Shown: piece after piece, positions 1 through 13,300 of the stretch | Layout of the letters: every line of letters begins with the position of its first letter | How positions within the stretch are numbered: the first letter of the stretch is position 1 | Assembly: GCA_951406725.2 (NCBI GenBank) | Contig: OX597836.1 | Coordinates: 20,088,001-20,152,000, forward strand | Direction: 5' to 3' | From: Octopus vulgaris | Lineage: Eukaryota | DNA: 64,000 nt | The notes under the pieces: generated by a model | Databases searched by the model: none | What the model was told of the DNA's origin: nothing | Seen by the model: the letters and a program-made list of their open reading frames with translations, nothing else | Translations under genes and position numbers: made by a program

Positions 1-97
1 TTCGACCAAAGATTGGTCCAGGCCATGTCTAACTTAATAGCACCACCTGATCGGGTTATCTAAATCCTGTTTAAGTCAAGTTTTGTTTATGGTCCAT

Positions 98-310
98 TCA
101 AGTAGTGAGTGCTCTCTGGGGTGATTCAATCCTCGAGATGTTTTGGTTTGTGTGGGGAGACCACAAGGAGCAGCAGTATTTGAGGTGTGGCCGTACAAAG
201 GAGGAGAAAAGTGGAATGATGACACCTTGTTCTCTGGACCTGAAGGTTCTTAAGATCCAGGAGCTCATGCTATGAGCTATATCAGCCTTATTGTTGAAGT
301 GGGCACTCAC
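98..310 (-). mobile_element. CR1-group LINE fragment (region C-terminal to RT)
   Basis: Translation LRTFRSR..IIPLFSSFVRPHLKYCCSLWSP..ISRIESPQRALT resembles the CR1/L2-group motif LY.SLVRPHLEY...WSP....I..LE.VQRRAT. The fragment is cut by a (CA)n tract. Confidence 0.75.
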
Positions 311-328
311 CTGTTCTTGTCAAACCAT

Positions 329-356
329 CCACACACTCACACACACACACACTCAC

Positions 357-429
<73 letters not shown>
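329..429. repeat. (CA)n microsatellite; similar tracts at 914-1042, 1307-1416, 4867-4944, 5610-5762
   Basis: Directly visible dinucleotide runs. Confidence 0.98.
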
Positions 430-432
<3 letters not shown>

Positions 433-911
433 GATGCGTTCCACACAGTTTCTTGCTACCAAATTCATGCACAAAGTATTGATCAACCTGAAGCTGTAGT
501 AAAAGACACTTGCCCAAGGTACAGCACATATGCCCTTCATCATGGATTTGCTCAAAAGTTAACAACAGCAAAAATAATTCAAGATGTTATCTTCTGGACA
601 AAAGTAAAAAAAAAAAAAAACACAACAAAAACCAGTGTAAGTTGTCATCAGGCAATATCTATTGACTGTCCAACAGGGGTCAAGTAGTCACAGCCACTTC
701 TGGATGGTCTCTTTACTGCAAGTAGCAGCCCCCAAAGGCATTATTGACATAAAAAGAATAATTCACAACAGTGATATAACTAGTACTTAATGTAAAAAAA
801 AAACCCAAAAATTCTTTAAAAGTACTTAGTTTGAATTAAGTGGGTTATGTATTACATTATGATCAGTTGGAGGAAATACTAATGTCAGACAACAGAACTG
901 AAATGACCAAG

Positions 912-995
<84 letters not shown>

Positions 996-1307
996 CACGC
1001 ACACACGCACACACACACGCACACACGCACGCACGCACACACATGCTTACTACAATTGTTTAGAAGATGGTCACAAGACATTAATTGTCATCATTGGCTT
1101 TAATTAGCCGTTAGTTCCACTATTTTATTAAATACTCTCCTGCTAATTGATTAGTCATTAGGTTTTTTTGTTGTTAGTGTTTTAGCATTTTGGTGTGGGT
1201 TGAACTGGCTTCAAACACCTAAACTAGTCGCATAAACAATTACGTTACTTGTCTGAGAGAAGAAGTCAAAGGGTTTTTCAGCACAATATTTGCACTATTA
1301 TACACGT

Positions 1308-1424
<117 letters not shown>

Positions 1425-1440
1425 GTATATATAAATATAT

Positions 1441-2050
1441 ATCATCATCATCGTTTAACGTCCGCTTTCATTGCTTGCATGGGTTGGACGGTTTAACTGG
1501 GGTCTGGGAAGCCAGTAGGCTGCACCAGGCCCAGTCTGATCTGGGAGTGTTTCTACAGCTGGATGCCTTTCCTAATGCCAACCACTCTGTGAGTGTAGTG
1601 GGTGCTTTTTATGTGCCACTGGCACAGATGCCAGACAAGGCTGGCAAACGGTCACGATCGCATGGTGCTTTTTACGTTCCACCGATATATATATATATAT
1701 ATACATATATGTATACATCATCATCATCATCATCATTTAATGGCTGTTTTCCATACTAGCATGGGTTGGACAGTTCGACTGGGGCCTAGGAAGCCAGGAG
1801 GTTGCACCAGGCCCCTATCTGATCTGGCAGTGTTTCTACAGCTGGATGCCCTTCCTAACACCAACCACTCTGAGAGTGTAGTGGCTGCTTTTTACATGCC
1901 ACTGGCACAGGGACCAGAGGAGCTGGCATCGACCACGATCAGATGGTGCTTTTTATGTCTCACTGGCATGGGAGCCAGTCAAGGCAGCACTGGCATCAGC
2001 CACGTTCGAATGGTGCTGTTTACGTGCCACCAGCACAAGGGTCACAACTA
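1441..2050 (-). mobile_element. Two tandem copies of SINE-like family C ((GAT)n tail, GGAAGGGCATCCAGCTGTAGAAAC core)
   Basis: CATCATCATCGTTTAACGTCCGC...CTACAGCTGGATGCCCTTCCTAA recurs about ten times in the window, with internal ~50-bp subrepeats (TGGTGCTTTTTACGTGCCAC). Confidence 0.85.
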
Positions 2051-2313
2051 CAATTTCCATTTGATTGTAATTTGATTTGATTTGATTTTGATATTGATGT
2101 TTATGTTGATGTTCTTGACTCAATAGGTCTCCTCAAGCATGGCATGTCACCCTATAATCCAAGGTACTTTCAAGTGGGCTGGTAATTCGATGCTGGTGTA
2201 AATTACAGCTGTGAACTCACTTTATTTGCTGGATTTTCTTAATCACAGCATACCTCCCAAGGTCTCGGTCTTTTGTCATTGCCTCTGTGAGGCCCAACGT
2301 ATGTCTTACGTAT

Positions 2314-2370
2314 TTATCGCTGATGAGGAATTCTTATGAATTAACTCTGAAATTGGGACCAATACGGTAG
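2314..2370 (+). ncRNA. Type I hammerhead ribozyme
   Basis: TTATCG-CTGATGA-[GGAATTC TTAT GAATT AACTCT]-GAAA-TTGG GA CCAA-TA-CGGTAG. Core is intact; stem I is TTATCG/CGGTAG with G.U pairs; stem III is TTGG/CCAA; the cleavage triplet is AUA. Confidence 0.75.
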
Positions 2371-2620
2371 TAACGGAATTTTTTTTAGAAATTTCTGCCA
2401 GTTTGTTTCGAGACACATGTTAATAGTGATAAATTATATGGTTATTGAAAATTTGTCTATTTTCGGCATATTTGGCATTAGAATTTTTTTCTTTTGCCCT
2501 TGTTTTATAAGCTGTTTATGTATATATAAATAGATGAGTGTATTTTTACTTTGTTAACAGTTACCAGGGAAAAAATAAATAAATAGTTAAAATGTCTTAT
2601 TGACGAGTTTCGTTTTTTTC

Positions 2621-2706
2621 ACTTTCCTGAAGAGAAGATTGCATTGTTTATACCATTTATTCTTTTGAATAGTATCAGTGGAATTTTCGACACATGTTTC
2701 GAAAGT
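2621..2706 (+). ncRNA. Degenerate type I hammerhead ribozyme (long stem II family)
   Basis: ACTTTC-CTGAAGA-GAAGATT...AATTTTC-GACA(for GAAA)-CATGTT-TC-GAAAGT. Stem I ACTTTC/GAAAGT is perfect but the core is mutated. Confidence 0.55.
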
Positions 2707-2748
2707 AAAAATATTTGATTTACACCTGCGTAAAACTCCATTTATTTA

Positions 2749-2792
<44 letters not shown>

Positions 2793-3089
2793 CATAAAAT
2801 ATGGGGGTTTAGTAGTTCACAAGTGATCTAAATGGCTAGGTACGCTGGGTAAGTGCTGTAACAGATTACCAGGGCTCCAAGATCATAGCTGAGATGAGAG
2901 TTATGGAACCATTGTAGATTTCTGATATAGCAGATATATAATTGTTAAAGAGGACAACAAATGTTAACACAAGACAAACATCTCAAGTCATATACCTTAT
3001 TACTATTGGAAAAATTCAGCTTTACAGCTGTTTCTGAGATATCTTGAAGTATAGGATATGCCTGACTTCTATGTGTGTATATATATATA

Positions 3090-3590
3090 ATAATAATAAT
3101 GAAATTATTGTATACAGTGCTCAGGTGCACCACAACTTGTCAAAAAGTACGCATAAAGTATATGCAGTAATGTACAAATGTCTGGGAAGTGAACAGTGTA
3201 TGAGTCAGATACATGATTGTGTGTGTATGGAGGGGAGAAAATCAGGTGTAGTGTTGACGAATCTCAGGAAGCATGGAAGTTTTGAAGGATGCAGTGCTCC
3301 GACAACTAACAACTGATGCCGGCATTTGTTCCATGCTTCAGCGACTCTTAGCATGAAAAAATGTTTCCGAAAGTCATGGGAGCTGTGCTGTTTTCTGACT
3401 TTGTAAATATGTCCATGGGTGTTAGACGGGTGGAGTTTGAAAAGGTGCTCAGTGTTATTGTTTGTAAGATGGTTAATAATTTTATGGGTGTCTACCAAGT
3501 TAGCTGCTAGACATCGTAATTTCAATGTGTCCATGCCCAGGGAAGTAAGGCATTCAGAATATGGCAAATGCCTGATAGAGGGTATTATAT
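3090..3590 (-). mobile_element. CR1-group LINE 3' end
   Basis: PYSECLTSLGMDTLKLR...THKII...HGHIYKV.KQHS..DFRKHFFMLRVAEAWNK resembles the CR1-group ORF2 C-terminus (Y..RL..L.L.SL..RR...RG.....R..FFS.RV...WN.LP). It is followed by a TTA-rich tail. Confidence 0.8.
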
Positions 3591-4349
3591 CATCAACATC
3601 ATCATCATCATTTTAACATCAACTTTTCCATGCTTGCATAGGGCAGACAGAAGTCGTTAAGGCAGATTTTCTACAACTAGGGACTCTTCCTGTCACCAAC
3701 CTACAATCATAGCTGGTGGGTGGAGGGCAGTTGGAGCAACCCACCCCGGACAGCACTTTTGGGTCTGCTGGAGGTAATATGTGTTTCTTGGGATTCAGGG
3801 GTGGCAAACAGAAGGGCCATCCTGGGTGGCATACACTCTAGCTACTCTAGTGCACCAACCTTCACCTGTTTCCAAGTAAGGCTTACTTACAAAGTGTCCA
3901 TTGGCCAAGTCCATTTGTTTTGTTGTTGTTGTTGTTAGAAGAGTTGTACTTGGAAAGAATGTGATCTACTGTCACACATCTTAATAAATTGGTGTATATC
4001 TCTAGAGAAAGACAGCAGCAGTCTGGTTCTTGTGTTATTTCTATGCCAACCCTGATTTGGTTGCCATGTCTAGCAGGTCAAGCAACCATGTTAAGATTCC
4101 TTCCTTACATCATCAGTATTTTTGTTTCATTATGGGTGTGTGGTACTGTTGACTAAGACGTCCTGGTTAAGTACCATATTGCATATTATTTCATGGTCTC
4201 TGTGGTGAGGAATACAAAAAGCAAAAAAAAACACTTGAATTTAGAGAAAATATATTTGTTTAAGTAAAGGCCTATCAATCGGATAAAATTTCTGAAAAAT
4301 AAAACTTTAAAAAACAAAATTAGATTCCAAATTTTATGAAACAAAAACT

Positions 4350-4612
4350 ACAACAGGAAGAGTGGTAGGTTTGCAGAATTATGTTGAGCTGTGCCATGCT
4401 CTATAAAAATAGCAAAAGTAAAACAGATCAGGCTATACATTTGCAAAATTATGTAGAACAGTACCGAATTCTATAAAAAAAACGAAAACTAAAAAGCAAA
4501 CATAACAGATTGGGTGACAAATTCATAGAATTTTGTAGAGCAGTGCCATATTCTATAATAACAGGAAGGGCTGTAGATTTGACAGTTCTGTAGAGTGATG
4601 GCATACCTCTAT
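4350..4612. repeat. Degenerate ~60-80 bp minisatellite, 4 copies
   Basis: The motif ACAG...TTTGCAGAATTATGTAGAGCAGTGCCAT.TTCTATA recurs four times. Confidence 0.65.
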
Positions 4613-4729
4613 ATCTTCATATCTATTTATATATCTATATCTATCTCTTCATCTATATCTTTATATCAATCTATATCTCTGTATCTATCTATATTTTTGT
4701 GTCTATATATATCTCTATATTTATCTATA

Positions 4730-4817
<88 letters not shown>

Positions 4818-4822
4818 ACTAT

Positions 4823-4857
<35 letters not shown>
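4612..4857. repeat. (TATC)n microsatellite
   Basis: Directly visible. Confidence 0.95.
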
Positions 4858-4862
4858 AATTT

Positions 4863-4940
<78 letters not shown>

Positions 4941-5177
4941 ACACGTCATATCAAACACAGCTATGGCTGTGTGGATTAGAAGTATGCTTTGCAACCATAT
5001 GGTTTTGAGTTCAGTTCCACTGCACAGCACCCTGGCCAAGTATCTTCTACTATAGCTCCAGGCCAACCAATGCCTTGTGAGTAAATTTGGTAAATGGAAA
5101 CTGTGTGAGGTTTTCACACAGTTCCCATTTACCAAATTGTATTTATGTGTACATACATACATACATACATACATACA

Positions 5178-5213
<36 letters not shown>

Positions 5214-5613
5214 TACATAGTGGCTGACGATAGTGGTTGACAATATGTGCATCTCACAAGCAGAAGTAGTGGGGGAGTATTATAGCCATGTGTTGAGAGG
5301 AATTCTTTGGGGTTTGGATAATTCACCTTTGGAAGCATGGGTGTTTTCTTCAGCATCTTTAAACAACCCTTATTCAGGGACCTTTTGAGCAGGATTGGCT
5401 ACTTGACATGAAGAAAATTCTAACTGGGCCCCACCTGCAAGGTCATGCACTGTTCATCTTGATATGAAATCACTATGTTGCAAACATATGGTTGTGATGC
5501 ATGTGCCTGGTGTACCCTTATCAGACGGGTAGTCATGATGGGTATATTGGGCTTCGTATATTTTACCCCAGTGTCACTTTGATGGCATGCACTGCTCTCT
5601 CACTCAATATGTG

Positions 5614-5767
<154 letters not shown>

Positions 5768-5827
5768 GCTAGCTAGATAGATAGGTTCAGAAATGGAGTT
5801 AAATGCAGTTGTTATTCAAATCTTATA

Positions 5828-5915
5828 CTTCTGACATATGTTTCGAAGAAAACATTGGTATTATTCCTGAGGGAATAAAATGATGTAAAACAATGTAATT
5901 ATCTCATCAGGGAAA
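5828..5915 (-). ncRNA. Type I hammerhead ribozyme (long stem II, palindromic stem III)
   Basis: Minus strand reads TTTCC-CTGATGA-GA...ACATTG...CAATGT...TC-GAAA-CATATG-TC-AGAAG. Core is intact, ACATATGT is self-complementary, and the cleavage site is GUC. One mismatch lies at the base of stem I. Confidence 0.7.
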
Positions 5916-6194
5916 AAAGAGAAACAAAACACATCACTAACCCATTTTAACTGAATGGGATTATTGTGTATATGATGAAGGGAATGCTGGCAAGTTATTT
6001 TTTAAAAATCTGTTAATAGATTTAATGTCAAAGGCAATTTAGAGAAAGAGAAATGAGGAGAAAAAAGAAATTAACTGAAAATTAAGAGTGGAGAAATATA
6101 GTGCGATAGAGGAGTGGAAATAAATTTTAAAGGTGTGTAAATAGATATATGTAGTGGAAATGAAATGTATGAAACAGTTAAAAGTCAAATTCTA

Positions 6195-6400
6195 TAGATT
6201 TGGAGAAATTACTTACGGGAACTAAAGGTATGTTTTTGCCAATGTTTGCAATGATAAACGCATTCTTTAAATGTGTTTACAAGAGAATTCTCCAGGAACT
6301 GAGCAGACAAAAGGATTTATCTTTATCATATGGAAAGGAGCTAGATAGAATATTCATATTCTTCATAACTGTTATTATTGAAGCAAAAGGATATGAACCA
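6195..6400 (-). mobile_element. Decayed Penelope-like element 3' end (C-terminal part of endonuclease region)
   Basis: Frameshifted minus-strand reading NILSSSFPYDKDKSFCLL / ENSLVNTFKECVYHCKHWQKHTF parallels IISYAPSYSISNSTCDLCLEE...LLNYKGIFTMKCCHKFQKTF at 23.1 kb. The HHR at 5828-5915 lies downstream on the same strand. Confidence 0.55.
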
Positions 6401-7248
6401 ACACGTCTGGAACAAAGATTGGCCGAACTTGGGCACTTGGGGAGAGAATGCATCTCCTTATTTCATTTACTATAAATAATCACAATATCTGGGACTAGAA
6501 AAATTTTGCAAGAACTTTTCCGGATTGCTATCAAACAGGTGGCCAGTCAAAAGAAACTCTAAAATAAAGAGGAAAAGGAAATACTTACATGCATACATAT
6601 GTGTATATACACAAATATATATGTATACATACATAGTATGTATGTATGTATGTTTGTGTGTGTTGATGTATGTCTATGTGAATGTTTACACCTGCCGTTG
6701 TCTACAAAGTGATGAGCTACAAGCAGTGACATATATGGATTTATTTTTTGTAGCTGATAAAGTGGAACAATTAGAAATGGATGCATCCTATAATACAATA
6801 ACCTGATTCGTAGCCCAAAAGTGTGTTTCCAACATGTTTAGGTGGAGAATTTTTTCCTGAGGCTATCGCCGCAGTGAAAGGCATTATCACATCCAATATA
6901 TGCAAATGTGCTAAATATAACTTTACACAAATACTTATCATCCAATGCTGCTTAACACTCAAACATGTAGAATAAATAAATATATATATATATATGTATG
7001 TGTATGTATGCACACATACATATATGTACGTATACATATACGGACATACATATTATACTTAGGAATAGATACATAAATATTCATAGATAATATAAATTAC
7101 ATAAAATAGAAAACCACATAAAAGGGAAAGCCGCTCTCTTGTATAACTATACAATTATATTGGTGACATATATCTGCATTTTGTTAAACTGACATTGCTG
7201 AAAATTGTGGAATGTTATTTGCTGTATTTTAAGTGGTCTCTCTCCCCA

Positions 7249-7301
<53 letters not shown>

Positions 7302-7304
<3 letters not shown>

Positions 7305-10300
7305 CTAAGCCAGCCCGTCAGTTCAACCTTTGTATATTCCCGTGTCAGGCCGAAGAACGAAATGTTTCCAAGATAAGAGTCTTTCTAATCTAATGTTGTG
7401 GTTGAGCTGTTTTGTTTTGTTTGTTTATTAGTTATTATTATTATTACTATTATTAGTACTAGTATTGTCCCTTTGATCCCCTGGTCGACAGTTTGCTTAT
7501 TATTATTATAATTATTATTATTACTATTTTCAGCTTCGCCTCGTATTGCATATTATTTCTCCATACAGGGGTTTTTTTCAATGGCGGCCCATTTTCGCGG
7601 GGTTCTACTGTTCTTCTCTATCTATCTCTCTCTCTTTCTCCTTTCTCACGTTGTCTGCCATTCCCCCCCTTCCATTGCTAAGAGCATTTCTAAGCCAGCC
7701 CGTCAGTTCAACCTTTGTATATTCCCGTGTCAGGCCGAAGAACGAAATGTTTCCAAGATAAGAGTCTTTCTAATCTAATGTTGTGGTTGAGCTGTTTTGT
7801 TTTGTTTGTTTATTAGTTATTATTATTATTATTACTATTATTAGTACTAGTATTGTCCCTTTGATCCCCTGGTCGACAGTTTGCTTATTATTATTATAAT
7901 TATTATTATTACTATTTTCAGCTTCGCCTCGTATTGCATATTATTTCTCCATACAGGGGTTTTTTTCAATGGCGGCCCATTTTCGCGGGGTTCTACTGTT
8001 CTTCTCTATCTATCTCTCTCTCTCCCTTTCTCACGTTGTCTGCCATTCCCCCCTTCCATTGCTAAGAGCATTTCTAAGCCAGCCCGTCAGCTCAACCTTC
8101 GTCCCCCTTCCATTGCTAAGAGCATTTCTAAGCCAGCCCGTCAGTTCAACCTTTGTATATTCCCGTGTCAGGCCGAAGAACGAAATGTTTCCAAGATAAG
8201 AGTCTTTCTAATCTAATGTTGTGGTTGAGCTGTTTTGTTTTGTTTGTTTATTAGTTATTATTATTATTACTATTATTAGTACTAGTATTGTCCCTTTGAT
8301 CCCCTGGTCGACAGTTTGCTTATTATTATTATAATTATTATTATTACTATTTTCAGCTTCGCCTCGTATTGCATATTATTTCTCCATACAGGGGTTTTTT
8401 TCAATGGCGGCCCATTTTCGCGGGGTTCTACTGTTCTTCTCTATCTATCTCTCTCTCTCCCTTTCTCACGTTGTCTGCCATTCCCCCCTTCCATTGCTAA
8501 GAGCATTTCTAAGCCACCCGTCAGTTCCCGTCCCCTTCCATTGCTAAGGCATTCTAAGCCAGCCCGTCAGTTCAACCTTTGTATATTCCCGTGTCAGGCC
8601 GAAGAACGAAATGTTTCCAAGATAAGAGTCTTTCTAATCTAATGTTGTGGTTGAGCTGTTTTGTTTTGTTTGTTTATTAGTTATTATTATTATTACTATT
8701 ATTAGTACTAGTATTGTCCCTTTGATCCCCTGGTCGACAGTTTGCTTATTATTATTATAATTATTATTATTACTATTTTCAGCTTCGCCTCGTATTGCAT
8801 ATTATTTCTCCATACAGGGGTTTTTTTCAATGGCGGCCCATTTTCGCGGGGTTCTACTGTTCTTCTCTATCTATCTCTCTCTCTCCCTTTCTCACGTTGT
8901 CTGCCATTCCCCCCTTCCATTGCTAAGAGCATTTCTAAGCCAGCCCGTCAGTTCAACCTTTGTATATTCCCGTGTCAGGCCGAAGAACGAAATGTTTCCA
9001 AGATAAGAGTCTTTCTAATCTAATGTTGTGGTTGAGCTGTTTTGTTTTGTTTGTTTATTAGTTATTATTATTATTACTATTATTAGTACTAGTATTGTCC
9101 CTTTGATCCCCTGGTCGACAGTTTGCTTATTATTATTATAATTATTATTATTACTATTTTCAGCTTCGCCTCGTATTGCATATTATTTCTCCATACAGGG
9201 GTTTTTTTCAATGGCGGCCCATTTTCGCGGGGTTCTACTGTTCTTCTCTATCTATCTCTCTCTCTCCCTTTCTCACGTTGTCTGCCATTCCCCCCTTCCA
9301 TTGCTAAGAGCATTTCTAAGCCAGCCCGTCAGTTCAACCTTTGTATATTCCCGTGTCAGGCCGAAGAACGAAATGTTTCCAAGATAAGAGTCTTTCTAAT
9401 CTAATGTTGTGGTTGAGCTGTTTTGTTTTGTTTGTTTATTAGTTATTATTATTATTATTACTATTATTAGTACTAGTATTGTCCCTTTGATCCCCTGGTC
9501 GACAGTTTGCTTATTATTATTATAATTATTATTATTACTATTTTCAGCTTCGCCTCGTATTGCATATTATTTCTCCATACAGGGGTTTTTTTCAATGGCG
9601 GCCCATTTTCGCGGGGTTCTACTGTTCTTCTCTATCTATCTCTCTCTCTCCCTTTCTCACGTTGTCTGCCATTCCCCCCTTCCATTGCTAAGAGCATTTC
9701 TAAGCCAGCCCGTCAGTTCAACCTTCGTCCCCTTCCATTGCTAAGAGCATTTCTAAGCCAGCCCGTCAGTTCAACCTTTGTATATTCCCGTGTCAGGCCG
9801 AAGAACGAAATGTTTCCAAGATAAGAGTCTTTCTAATCTAATGTTGTGGTTGAGCTGTTTTGTTTTGTTTGTTTATTAGTTATTATTATTATTACTATTA
9901 TTAGTACTAGTATTGTCCCTTTGATCCCCTGGTCGACAGTTTGCTTATTATTATTATAATTATTATTATTACTATTTTCAGCTTCGCCTCGTATTGCATA
10001 TTATTTCTCCATACAGGGGTTTTTTTCAATGGCGGCCCATTTTCGCGGGGTTCTACTGTTCTTCTCTATCTATCTCTCTCTCTCCCTTTCTCACGTTGTC
10101 TGCCATTCCCCCCTTCCATCCATTGCTAAGAGCATTTCTAAGCCAGCCCGTCAGTTCAACCTTTGTATATTCCCGTGTCAGGCCGAAGAACGAAATGTTT
10201 CCAAGATAAGAGTCTTTCTAATCTAATGTTGTGGTTGAGCTGTTTTGTTTTGTTTGTTTATTAGTTATTATTATTATTATTACTATTATTAGTACTAGTA

Positions 10301-13300
10301 TTGTCCCTTTGATCCCCTGGTCGACAGTTTGCTTATTATTATTATAATTATTATTATTACTATTTTCAGCTTCGCCTCGTATTGCATATTATTTCTCCAT
10401 ACAGGGGTTTTTTTCAATGGCGGCCCATTTTCGCGGGGTTCTACTGTTCTTCTCTATCTATCTCTCTCTCTCCCTTTCTCACGTTGTCTGCCATTCCCCC
10501 CTTCCATTGCTAAGAGCATTTCTAAGCCAGCCCGTCAGTTCAACCTTTGTATATTCCCGTGTCAGGCCGAAGAACGAAATGTTTCCAAGATAAGAGTCTT
10601 TCTAATCTAATGTTGTGGTTGAGCTGTTTTGTTTTGTTTGTTTTTATTATTATTATTATTACTATTATTAGTACTAGTATTGTCCCTTTGATCCCTGGTC
10701 GACAGTTTGCTTATTATTATTATAATTATTATTATTACTATTTTCAGCTTCGCCTCGTATTGCATATTATTTCTCCATACAGGGGTTTTTTTCAATGGCG
10801 GCCCATTTTCGCGGGTTCTACTGTTCTTCTCTATCTATCTCTCTCTCTCCTTTCTCACGTTGTCTGCCATTCCCCCTTCCATTGCTAGAGCATTTCTAAG
10901 CCAGCCCGTCAGTTCAACCTTTGTATATTCCCGTGTCAGGCCGAAGAACGAAATGTTTCCAAGATAAGAGTCTTTCTAATCTAATGTTGTGGTTGAGCTG
11001 TTTTGTTTTGTTTGTTTATTAGTTATTATTATTATTATTACTATTATTAGTACTAGTATTGTCCCTTTGATCCCCTGGTCGACAGTTTGCTTATTATTAT
11101 TATAATTATTATTATTACTATTTTCAGCTTCGCCTCGTATTGCATATTATTTCTCCATACAGGGGTTTTTTTTTTTTCAATGGCGGCCCATTTTCGCGGG
11201 GTTCTACTGTTCTTCTCTATCTATCTCTCTCTCTCCCTTTCTCACGTTGTCTGCCATTCCCCCCTTCCATTGCTAAGAGCATTTCTAAGCCAGCCCGTCA
11301 GTTCAACCTTCGTCCCCCTTCCATTGCTAAGAGCATTTCTAAGCCAGCCCGTCAGTTCAACCTTTGTATATTCCCGTGTCAGGCCGAAGAACGAAATGTT
11401 TCCAAGATAAGAGTCTTTCTAATCTAATGTTGTGGTTGAGCTGTTTTGTTTTGTTTGTTTATTAGTTATTATTATTATTACTATTATTAGTACTAGTATT
11501 GTCCCTTTGATCCCCTGGTCGACAGTTTGCTTATTATTATTATAATTATTATTATTACTATTTTCAGCTTCGCCTCGTATTGCATATTATTTCTCCATAC
11601 AGGGGTTTTTTTCAATGGTGGCCCATTTTCGCAGGGTTCTACTGTTCTTCTCTATCTATCTCTCTCTCTCCCTTTCTCACGTTGTCTGCCATTCCCCCCT
11701 TCCATTGCTAAGAGCATTTCTAAGCCAGCCCGTCAGTTCAACCTTCGTCCCCCTTCCATTGCTAAGAGCATTTCTAAGCCAGCCCGTCAGTTCAACCTTT
11801 GTATATTCCCGTGTCAGGCCGAAGAACGAAATGTTTCCAAGATAAGAGTCTTTCTAATCTAATGTTGTGGTTGAGCTGTTTTGTTTTGTTTGTTTATTAG
11901 TTATTATTATTATTACTATTATTAGTACTAGTATTGTCCCTTTGATCCCCTGGTCGACAGTTTGCTTATTATTATTATAATTATTATTATTACTATTTTC
12001 AGCTTCGCCTCGTATTGCATATTATTTCTCCATACAGGGGTTTTTTTCAATGGCGGCCCATTTTCGCGGGGTTCTACTGTTCTTCTCTATCTATCTCTCT
12101 CTCTCCCTTTCTCACGTTGTCTGCCATTCCCCCCTTCCATTGCTAAGAGCATTTCTAAGCCAGCCCGTCAGTTCAACCTTTGTATATTCCCGTGTCAGGC
12201 CGAAGAACGAAATGTTTCCAAGATAAGAGTCTTTCTAATCTAATGTTGTGGTTGAGCTGTTTTGTTTTGTTTGTTTATTAGTTATTATTATTATTATTAC
12301 TATTATTAGTACTAGTATTGTCCCTTTGATCCCCTGGTCGACAGTTTGCTTATTATTATTATAATTATTATTATTACTATTTTCAGCTTCGCCTCGTATT
12401 GCATATTATTTCTCCATACAGGGGTTTTTTTCAATGGCGGCCCATTTTCGCGGGGTTCTACTGTTCTTCTCTATCTATCTCTCTCTCTCCCTTTCTCACG
12501 TTGTCTGCCATTCCCCCCTTCCATTGCTAAGAGCATTTCTAAGCCAGCCCGTCAGTTCAACCTTTGTATATTCCCGTGTCAGGCCGAAGAACGAAATGTT
12601 TCCAAGATAAGAGTCTTTCTAATCTAATGTTGTGGTTGAGCTGTTTTGTTTTGTTTGTTTATTAGTTATTATTATTATTATTACTATTATTAGTACTAGT
12701 ATTGTCCCTTTGATCCCCTGGTCGACAGTTTGCTTATTATTATTATAATTATTATTATTACTATTTTCAGCTTCGCCTCGTATTGCATATTATTTCTCCA
12801 TACAGGGGTTTTTTTCAATGGCGGCCCATTTTCGCGGGGTTCTACTGTTCTTCTCTATCTATCTCTCTCTCTCCCTTTCTCACGTTGTCTGCCATTCCCC
12901 CCTTCCATTGCTAAGAGCATTTCTAAGCCAGCCCGTCAGTTCAACCTTCGTCCCCCTTCCATTGCTAAGAGCATTTCTAAGCCAGCCCGTCAGTTCAACC
13001 TTTGTATATTCCCGTGTCAGGCCGAAGAACGAAATGTTTCCAAGATAAGAGTCTTTCTAATCTAATGTTGTGGTTGAGCTGTTTTGTTTTGTTTGTTTAT
13101 TAGTTATTATTATTATTACTATTATTAGTACTAGTATTGTCCCTTTGATCCCCTGGTCGACAGTTTGCTTATTATTATTATAATTATTATTATTACTATT
13201 TTCAGCTTCGCCTCGTATTGCATATTATTTCTCCATACAGGGGTTTTTTTCAATGGCGGCCCATTTTCGCGGGGTTCTACTGTTCTTCTCTATCTATCTC

